A stretch of DNA of 56,538 nucleotides, taken from positions 1-56,538 of the forward strand of contig MHMS01000006.1 in assembly GCA_001821615.1 (NCBI GenBank). The letters run 5' to 3'. The position numbers were made by a program, and so were the translations under genes. This stretch comes from Candidatus Niyogibacteria bacterium RIFCSPLOWO2_12_FULL_41_13 (GTDB lineage: Bacteria; Patescibacteriota; Minisyncoccia; 2-12-FULL-41-13). This document shows positions 50,350 through 56,538 of the stretch, piece after piece (position 1 is the stretch's first letter; the number at the start of each line of letters is the position of its first letter). The notes beneath the pieces are model-generated. The model did no database searches. It was not told the origin of the DNA and saw only the letters and a program-made list of their open reading frames with translations.

Positions 50350-51261
50350 TTAATTTTGATTTGATCTTAACAACTCAAGCCCTTTATCAATAATTTTCCT
50401 GACATCGTCATAAATTTTAAGCTCGCCCAATTCTTCTTCCTTAAACCATTTTGCGTCATCAAGCCCGCCGCTCGCGTGCAAAGCAAGTTCTTTATCGGAT
50501 GTTTCCGCCAAAAAATAAGTTACCTGCCGCCTGACAAGTCCCCTTTCCGGATCCGACGCAAAATACTCGTTCTCGCCTATTTTTTCTTTGAGTTCAAAAT
50601 TTTTAATGCCGAGTTCTTCTTTAAGCCCCCTTGCGGCTCCTTCTTCAACTTTTTCCCCTTCTTCAAGATGCCTTTTTGAGAGCGTCCAGTAGCCGAAAAC
50701 ATCGTGAACAAGGGCTAAAAATAATCCTTTCTCATGATTGCGGTAAACAACGCCTCCGCCCAATTTTTCAATCGGCAATTTTGACAAATCTGAAATATCT
50801 TTCAATTTTTCTCTTGTTTTCTTCTCGTCGTATTTGCCGGGCTCCCCCATTTCGCGATAAACCGTTCCCAAAACGCCGTTGACGAATTTTCCGGAAGAAT
50901 CGGAGCCGAAATTTTTCGCGAGTTCTATCGCCTCGTTAATCGCCACTTTCGGCGGAGTTTCCCCGCGGTCGGCGAAAAGCAGTTCGTAAAGTCCCAACCG
51001 CAAAACAGTTCTGTCAATTCTCGCAATCTGTTCAATCGGCCATTCCGGCGCCGTTTTTTCAATAATTTTGTCAAGAATGTCTTTTTTTTCCACGACTCCT
51101 TCAACCAAATTTTTTGTCAGATTTTGATTGTCCAAATCCGCCCCGAATTCTTTTAAGTTCAATTCAAGGAATTGATTCGCCTTTTTTTGGTCATAATCGT
51201 AAAAATCCCACTCAAAGAGGGTTTGCATCGCGATTGACCTGGCTAAGTGGCGACTACCCAT
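50350..51261 (-). CDS. nusB: NusB antitermination factor fused to a C-terminal Nudix domain
   Basis: The N-terminal 140 aa are NusB-like (ARSIAMQTLFEWDF...AINEAIELAKNFG...FVNGVLG). The C-terminal domain has GEKVEEGAARGLKEELGI, a Nudix box. Confidence 0.8.
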   Translation of the reverse strand: MGSRHLARSIAMQTLFEWDFYDYDQKKANQFLELNLKEFGADLDNQNLTKNLVEGVVEKKDILDKIIEKTAPEWPIEQIARIDRTVLRLGLYELLFADRGETPPKVAINEAIELAKNFGSDSSGKFVNGVLGTVYREMGEPGKYDEKKTREKLKDISDLSKLPIEKLGGGVVYRNHEKGLFLALVHDVFGYWTLSKRHLEEGEKVEEGAARGLKEELGIKNFELKEKIGENEYFASDPERGLVRRQVTYFLAETSDKELALHASGGLDDAKWFKEEELGELKIYDDVRKIIDKGLELLRSNQN

Positions 51262-51532
51262 GTTTAGAAAGTTTTTCGGCGCTAAGCGGTTCTTCTTTTT
51301 TTGACTCCTGGTCTTTTAATTCTTTTTCTTTCATTTTCTTTTGTTTTTTGTCCAGTTTCGCCAAAACATCAATAATTTGCCTGCCTTTATATTCGCCGCA
51401 ATTTTTGCATATCGCGTGGGAAAGCTTCGGCGCTTTGCACTTTGGGCAAGAAGCCGGATTCAACGGCTTAAGAGCGTGATGACTCCTCCTCATTCTTGTT
51501 TTTGAGCGGGTATGCCGCATTCGCACAACCAT
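51254..51532 (-). CDS. rpmF: 50S ribosomal protein L32 with Lys/Glu-rich C-terminal extension
   Basis: RHTRSKTRMRRSHHAL...CPKCKAPKLSHAICKNCG. Confidence 0.88.
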   Translation of the reverse strand: MVVRMRHTRSKTRMRRSHHALKPLNPASCPKCKAPKLSHAICKNCGEYKGRQIIDVLAKLDKKQKKMKEKELKDQESKKEEPLSAEKLSKHG

Positions 51533-51699
51533 AATTCTTAAATTTACCCGAAATTCAAAAAACTTGCAAGATTAACCCCGTTCCGTCTTCGGTGGGGAGA
51601 TTGTTACTTGCTTTTATTGAAAAAAAGCGCAAGAATATAAACAGATAGGCGTTGTTTTGATAGCCCCTTAAAACCATTAAAACCATTGAAGGAGAAAAA

Positions 51700-52254
51700 A
51701 TGTCTAAAAACAAAGGCAAGTTTTTAAAGGTGGCGACGAAGCGTGACGAAAAAGAAGCTCTCCAAATCGCTAACACCCTTAAAGAAGAATTTTGTTTAAC
51801 GTATGATGAGAAAAAAAATCTCCCAAAAACGTTTGGAGAAAAGTCTAAAATGCCAGAACTTTTTGTCGTAGCGGGAGAGCTCGGACCGGATTGTATGGTC
51901 ACTAATATGGCGTTGGCGACATTGTGTCCAAAAGAAAAAAAGAAAATTATTATAACCCAACTGCCTCAAGGGTCGGGAATACCTATAGAAATCAGAAATG
52001 GCTGGATTGGAGTTGTTATCAGTGGAACTCGCGGACCATTTTCTACCGGCACAAAATCGATAGTCAACGGAGAACTGAAGGCGACAAAATTTACCGAAGG
52101 TTACGCCGTTGATACTCTTGTGGCGCTAAAATCATTAAAAAGGGTCAATTCCCGATCTTGGAAGTGGTTTCGCTCGAGAAAACTTCCAAAACATTTATTT
52201 TTCAATAAAGAATGTTGTAAGGTCGTCTCTAAACCAAAGGGCAAGCTTCTTTAG
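51700..52254 (+). CDS. hypothetical protein
   Basis: 184 aa, GAAGGAG RBS, with its own terminator. Confidence 0.5.
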   Translation: MSKNKGKFLKVATKRDEKEALQIANTLKEEFCLTYDEKKNLPKTFGEKSKMPELFVVAGELGPDCMVTNMALATLCPKEKKKIIITQLPQGSGIPIEIRNGWIGVVISGTRGPFSTGTKSIVNGELKATKFTEGYAVDTLVALKSLKRVNSRSWKWFRSRKLPKHLFFNKECCKVVSKPKGKLL

Positions 52255-52271
52255 CTTCGCCCTCTTTTTTT
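52239..52271 (+). terminator. rho-independent terminator
   Basis: GGGCAAGCT-tcttt-AGCTTcGCCC followed by TCTTTTTTT. Confidence 0.75.
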
Positions 52272-52317
52272 GACTTGGAAACTATAAACTATGGAGGTAA
52301 ACTATGGAGGTTGAACC

Positions 52318-52740
52318 TCAATAGTGATTTAACCCAAATAATTTTTCGGCTTTTTTGAGAATTTCTTTTGAATTTTTAAAGGTTAATTTCAAAACAGCTT
52401 CTTCGTATGGCAACCACTGGTAATCTTTATGCTCAAAAGAAATTTTGACATCTCTTGTTTTTGTCTCGGCAAGAAAAAAAGTTATGAATTTCAGCCGCAA
52501 TTCCCCTTCCCATTTGTAAAAAACTTTGATTGTTTCTTTAAATCCGTCAACGAATTTCAAATCATCAATACCCGCTTCTTCTTTTGTTTCTCTCGCGGCC
52601 GCGTCAATCGCCTTTTCTCCTTTTTCAATATTTCCTTTTGGAAAATCCAATTGTCCGTTTTCTTTTTCCAAAAGAAGATAAAATCTTTTGTTGTTTTCTT
52701 TCCTGAAAACGACCGCTCCCGCCGACTTTTCTATTGTCAT
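52318..52740 (-). CDS. Nudix hydrolase
   Basis: GNIEKGEKAIDAAARETKEEAGI is a canonical Nudix box. Confidence 0.85.
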   Translation of the reverse strand: MTIEKSAGAVVFRKENNKRFYLLLEKENGQLDFPKGNIEKGEKAIDAAARETKEEAGIDDLKFVDGFKETIKVFYKWEGELRLKFITFFLAETKTRDVKISFEHKDYQWLPYEEAVLKLTFKNSKEILKKAEKLFGLNHY

Positions 52741-55529
52741 AAATATTTTCCAGTATAGCTTATTTTTGATTTCGCGATTGTTTCCGGCGGGCCCTCTGCG
52801 ATAATCTTTCCGCCACGCTCTCCTCCTTCCGGCCCCAAATCAATCAGCCAATCGCAGTTTTTTAAAACATCGGGATTATGTTCAATGACGATAACCGTGT
52901 TTCCTTTTTTAACCAATCCTTTCAAAACGTTCAAAAGTTTTTTTATGTCTTCAAAATGGAGTCCAGTGGTGGGTTCGTCCAAAATATAAAGGGTTCTGCC
53001 GGTTTCTTTTTTCGCTAATTCTTTGGCGAGTTTCACTCTTTGCGCTTCGCCGCCAGAGAGCGTGGTCGCGCTTTGCCCCAATTTCACATAGCCCAATCCA
53101 ACCTCAATCAAAGTTGACAAAATTCTTTTAACCGGAGGAATGTTTTTAAAAAATAAAAAGGTTTTTTCAACGGGCATATCTAAAATTTCGGCGATGTTTT
53201 TATTTTTGTATAAAATTGAAAGGGCTTCCTGATTGTATCTCGTTCCCTTGCATTCTTCGCATTCAACATAAATATCCGGCAAAAAATACATTTCAATTTT
53301 TTTCACTCCTTGGCCTTCGCATTCTTCGCATCTCCCGCCTTTAACATTGAAACTAAATCTGCCCGGCGTGTAGCCCCTTGAGCGCGCCTCAACGGTCTTG
53401 GCGAATAAATCGCGGATGTGGCTGAAAACTCCCGCGTAAGTAGCCGGATTTGACCTCGGAGTCCTGCCGATTGGCGACTGGTCAATTACCGCTATCTTGT
53501 CAATGCTATGGATTCCTTCTATTGTTTTATGCTTTCCCGGTTCTTCCCTTGAGCCGTAAAAATGCTTTGCCAGGCTTTTTGCCAAGATATCGTTGACTAA
53601 TGTTGATTTTCCCGAGCCGGATACGCCGGAAACTCCGATTAAAAAAGCGAGAGGAAACTTAGCGTCAATATTTTTCAAATTGCGCGCTTCCGCTCCTCTT
53701 ACAATCAAAAAAGATTTAGGCGCGATTTTTTGCTTTTCAAACTCTATCTTTTCCTTTTCAGAAAGATACCGGCCGGTCAAAGTTTTCGCTTTTAAAATTT
53801 CTTTGTAAGGCCCGGCAAAAACAACCCGGCCTCCTTTTTCTCCCGCGCCCGGCCCCAAATCAACGATCCAGTCCGCGTTTTCCATCGTGAATTTATCGTG
53901 TTCAACCACAATGATGGTATTTCCCAAGTCGCGAAGCTCTTTTAATGTTTTAATCAGCCGCAAATGGTCTCTCGGGTGAAGCCCGATTGACGGCTCGTCC
54001 AAAACATAAAGAACGCCGGAAAGGCCGGAACCGATTTGAGTCGCCAGCCGCACCCTCTGGCTTTCTCCGCCCGAAAGAGTCGTTGATTCTCGGCCTAATG
54101 ACAAATAATTAAGTCCGACTTCCAATAAAAAACCGAGCCGCTTTGAAATTTCATTCAATAAGGGCGAAAACGCGGGATAATCCTGTTTTTTGATTCCGCT
54201 TATAAAATCCAGAGCTTTGTCCACGCTTAAATCGGAAACTTCGGCGATATTTTTTCCATTGATTTTCACCGAGAGCGCTTCTCTGCGCAATCGCAATCCT
54301 CCGCAAATTTTACAAACCTCTTCTTTCATATATCGCTCCAATTCGGCCCTTGTCCATTCGGATTCTGTTTCAAAATAACGCCGTTCCAAATTGTTAACCA
54401 CTCCTTCAAATTCGCTTTTTTCATCGCCGTATAAAACAATGTCTAAAATTTTTTGAGGAAGATTTTTGAGCGGCTCGTTAAGAGAAAACCCGTGTTTTTG
54501 AGCCAAGTCTTCCAAAAGCCACCAATACCAATTTTGTCTGCCCCCGCGGCGCGATGAGCCCGCCCACGGGAAAATCGCCCCTTCCGCCAAACTCAATTCT
54601 TTGTTCGGCATAATCAAATCCGGGTCGGGTTTCAGTTTTTTGCCCAATCCGTGGCAATTCTGGCAAGCGCCGAAAGGGCTGTTAAAAGAAAATAATCTCG
54701 GTTCAATGGCTGGAAACGAAATCTCGCAAATCGGGCAGGCAAAATTCTCCGAAAATAAAATTTCTTCGGTTTTTCCGTTTTTCCCATGCCTATCGGCAGA
54801 CAAGTCTTTAAGAATAATTATAACTCCTTTCGCCAAACCAAGGGCTTGCTCCAGAGAATCGCGAATCCGTTCCCGTTCAACCTCTTCGTCCAAAATCAAC
54901 CGGTCTATGACTGCTTCAATTGAATGTTTTTTGTGCTTATCAAGTTTTTGTTCAAGCGATTCTTCCGTTCTTAAAACATTTTTGTCAATCCTTACTCTTA
55001 AATATCCTCGTTCTTTGATATTTTCCAAAATTTTCCGATGCTCCCCCTTTTGTCCGGTTGCCACCGGAGCAAGAATATAAATCACGCTTCCTTTCTCAAA
55101 CTTTAAAATCTGCCGGAGCATTTCGTCAATCGTCTGTTTTTTTAATATCCGGCCGCAGTTTGGACAGAAGGCCGTTCCCATTCTGGCGAATAAAATCCTT
55201 AAATAATCGTGAATTTCGGTGATTGTGCCCACGGTTGACCTGGGATTTTTGGCGATTGACCTCTCGGTGATGGAAATCGCCGGCGAAAGGCCGGTGATTT
55301 TTTCAACATCGGGTTTTTCTTTCACGCCCAAAAACTGGCGGGCGTAGCTTGAAAGCGACTCAACGAATCTTCGCTCCGATTCGGCGTAAATCGTGTCAAA
55401 AGCAAGCGAAGATTTTCCCGAACCCGAAAGCCCGGTGATAACCACGAATTTATTTTTCGGAATTTTAAGAGAAATATTTTTGAGATTATGAACCTTTGCT
55501 CCCCTTATCTCAATAAAATTGTTTTTCAT
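52737..55529 (-). CDS. uvrA: excinuclease ABC subunit A
   Basis: 930 aa with two ABC modules ([18 protein letters not shown]), zinc-finger Cys clusters and LSGGE signatures. Confidence 0.95.
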   Translation of the reverse strand: MKNNFIEIRGAKVHNLKNISLKIPKNKFVVITGLSGSGKSSLAFDTIYAESERRFVESLSSYARQFLGVKEKPDVEKITGLSPAISITERSIAKNPRSTVGTITEIHDYLRILFARMGTAFCPNCGRILKKQTIDEMLRQILKFEKGSVIYILAPVATGQKGEHRKILENIKERGYLRVRIDKNVLRTEESLEQKLDKHKKHSIEAVIDRLILDEEVERERIRDSLEQALGLAKGVIIILKDLSADRHGKNGKTEEILFSENFACPICEISFPAIEPRLFSFNSPFGACQNCHGLGKKLKPDPDLIMPNKELSLAEGAIFPWAGSSRRGGRQNWYWWLLEDLAQKHGFSLNEPLKNLPQKILDIVLYGDEKSEFEGVVNNLERRYFETESEWTRAELERYMKEEVCKICGGLRLRREALSVKINGKNIAEVSDLSVDKALDFISGIKKQDYPAFSPLLNEISKRLGFLLEVGLNYLSLGRESTTLSGGESQRVRLATQIGSGLSGVLYVLDEPSIGLHPRDHLRLIKTLKELRDLGNTIIVVEHDKFTMENADWIVDLGPGAGEKGGRVVFAGPYKEILKAKTLTGRYLSEKEKIEFEKQKIAPKSFLIVRGAEARNLKNIDAKFPLAFLIGVSGVSGSGKSTLVNDILAKSLAKHFYGSREEPGKHKTIEGIHSIDKIAVIDQSPIGRTPRSNPATYAGVFSHIRDLFAKTVEARSRGYTPGRFSFNVKGGRCEECEGQGVKKIEMYFLPDIYVECEECKGTRYNQEALSILYKNKNIAEILDMPVEKTFLFFKNIPPVKRILSTLIEVGLGYVKLGQSATTLSGGEAQRVKLAKELAKKETGRTLYILDEPTTGLHFEDIKKLLNVLKGLVKKGNTVIVIEHNPDVLKNCDWLIDLGPEGGERGGKIIAEGPPETIAKSKISYTGKYL

Positions 55530-55539
55530 AAATCAGGAG

Positions 55540-55547
55540 ATTATACA
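55540..55547 (-). promoter_or_regulatory. extended -10 promoter close to the uvrA ATG
   Basis: Minus strand reads TGTATAAT-ctcctgattt-ATG, 10 nt. Confidence 0.45.
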
Positions 55548-55649
55548 CCAATCCGGAGGAAATTGAAATAGAACCAGTGGTAATAAAGCCGCTTGTTCTA
55601 AAAATTATAACCCGTTGCGCTATTGTGCGCGCTGTATAAATTTTACTTA

Positions 55650-55679
55650 AACAATAGTTCGCGATCGCGAACTATTGTT
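55650..55679. promoter_or_regulatory. 30-bp perfect palindrome upstream of uvrA
   Basis: AACAATAGTTCGCGA|TCGCGAACTATTGTT. Confidence 0.5.
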
Positions 55680-55745
55680 ATAGATGAGGGTATAATTTAG
55701 ACGTAAACAACGCTCGGAAATCTTACAAATTTGAGTATCTTAAAT

Positions 55746-55773
55746 TTGACAATTTATTTTTTATGAGTATAAT
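55746..55773 (+). promoter_or_regulatory. consensus sigma70 promoter
   Basis: TTGACA-16 nt-TATAAT. Confidence 0.6.
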
Positions 55774-55835
55774 TAAACAGGATTGGTAAAATTTAGAACT
55801 TTTAACCAGGAGTTTTAACCGAAAGGAAGGTGAAT

Positions 55836-55931
55836 ATGATTAAAAAACTATTAAGATGGATATGCGATCTAGCCGGAAAACAGGGACGGGCTTCGGGAAG
55901 TCGTAAGAATAAATTTATAAAACCACGATAA
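55836..55931 (+). CDS. 31-aa basic peptide
   Basis: GAAAGGAAGGTG RBS. MIKKLLRWICDLAGKQGRASGSRKNKFIKPR. Promoter upstream and a weak hairpin plus T-run downstream (55955-55985). Confidence 0.4.
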   Translation: MIKKLLRWICDLAGKQGRASGSRKNKFIKPR

Positions 55932-55987
55932 AACTGGAGGTGTTAAGCCTTGATAGAGACTGTAATTAAATCTCTTTTTTATTATTT

Positions 55988-56404
55988 TTACAACCCTTCG
56001 CAGTTTCCAGCCGGTTTATATCCCGCTTTTTCCGCCTCTTCTTTGGAAGAAAAATAAATTTTATTTTCTTCTTTTATTCTTTTCGCTCCTGAACACCAAG
56101 TATAGTGGTAAAGATTGCTGTTTTTGCTCCCGACTAAGATTCTATTCTGTTCTTTATTTTCTGTAATTTGCGATTTGCTATTTGCTATTTGCGCTTTGCT
56201 ATCCGCGCTTTGCGATTTATCGGCGATTTTTTCTTCTCCAACCTCTTCAAACCAAATCGGATATTTTTGCTCTTCCAAAACCGACATCCTTCCCAATCCA
56301 AAAGCGATAAAAGCCATTAAAATAAAACTCGCGCTTATAAATAACTCTTTTTTATTGTCGTCAATGAATTTCTTGACTTTCTTTATTTTCTCAATTAAAC
56401 TCAT
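55988..56404 (-). CDS. membrane-anchored protein with C-terminal Cys-pair domain
   Basis: 138 aa with an N-terminal TM. C-terminal NLYHYTWCSGAKRI...FSSKEEAEKAGYKPAGNC. Confidence 0.5.
   Translation of the reverse strand: MSLIEKIKKVKKFIDDNKKELFISASFILMAFIAFGLGRMSVLEEQKYPIWFEEVGEEKIADKSQSADSKAQIANSKSQITENKEQNRILVGSKNSNLYHYTWCSGAKRIKEENKIYFSSKEEAEKAGYKPAGNCEGL
56167..56215. repeat. 7 x heptamer tandem repeat (TTTGCNN) inside a CDS
   Basis: tttgcga tttgcta tttgcta tttgcgc tttgcta tccgcgc tttgcga. Confidence 0.8.
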
Positions 56405-56455
56405 GAAATAACTTTACTTTAAACTTTTCACTTTTAACTTTCAACTTGTAATATG

Positions 56456-56538
56456 CCCAGTAAGACAAAATCGAATGCTAAATCTAGTTTCTTGCGTGGT
56501 ATAAACATGTTTTATTACAAAATTAAAATTAAATATAA
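56456..56538 (+). mobile_element. CCCAGTAAGAC-family element (copy D), opposite orientation, cut by window end
   Basis: The plus strand reads TATG|CCCAGTAAGACAAAATCGAATGCTAAATCTAG..., the reverse complement of copies A-C. Confidence 0.8.

Noticed and set aside
52286-52311. Exact 13-bp tandem duplication AAACTATGGAGGT x2 between convergent genes.
   Set aside because: It is a single duplication in a terminator-distal spacer, probably a replication slippage product. No functional context.

Overview
The window is AT-rich (mid-30s % GC by eye), gene-dense, and almost entirely transcribed on the minus strand. It looks like a streamlined Patescibacteria/CPR-type bacterium; this is an inference from reduced versions of core proteins, such as AspRS without the GAD insertion, a hinge-less 711-aa SMC and a NusB-Nudix fusion.

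Core genes recognised: galU, copA, pyk, ppiB-type cyclophilin, rpoD, dnaG, trmD, htpX, ftsZ, recG, mraY, scpA/scpB, aspS, rpsP, smc, rnc, nusB, rpmF and uvrA. There are two tRNAs. One is tRNA-Ser(GGA). The other is a tRNA-Asn(GUU) split by a 227-nt group I intron.

The most unusual content is mobile. Two related families of small terminal-inverted-repeat (TIR) elements sit exactly on host start or stop codons.
- Family 1 has TIR CCCAGTAAGAC, is 139-142 bp long and has five copies.
- Family 2 has TIR CCC(C)GTTAGA and has three copies.
- One family 2 copy carries a 95-aa GIY-YIG nuclease ORF whose start and stop codons both come from a duplicated ATGAGT target.
- The pre-insertion gene junctions can be reconstructed from the sequence at several sites.

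Two accessory islands abut the tRNAs.
- One is a six-gene operon driven by a single promoter that overlaps a palindrome: wHTH, DNA methyltransferase, restriction endonuclease, a membrane protein, an AdoMet-decarboxylase-like protein and a 429-aa unknown. It is bracketed by inverted hairpin modules and a 16-bp direct repeat. A roughly mid-50s % GC foreign gene lies beside it.
- The other is a tandem pair of cassettes (a Nudix-like gene and a NucS-like nuclease), each preceded by the same decayed HTH gene fragment.

Other notable items:
- a MazG-radical SAM fusion;
- an ORF-only insertion with 19-bp direct repeats and an empty-site paralogue in the same window;
- a duplicated promoter/terminator frame holding different small membrane proteins;
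- heptanucleotide tandem repeats inside three unrelated CDSs;
- several apparently leaderless extended -10 promoters.

No CRISPR array, rRNA, transposase or integrase gene was seen.
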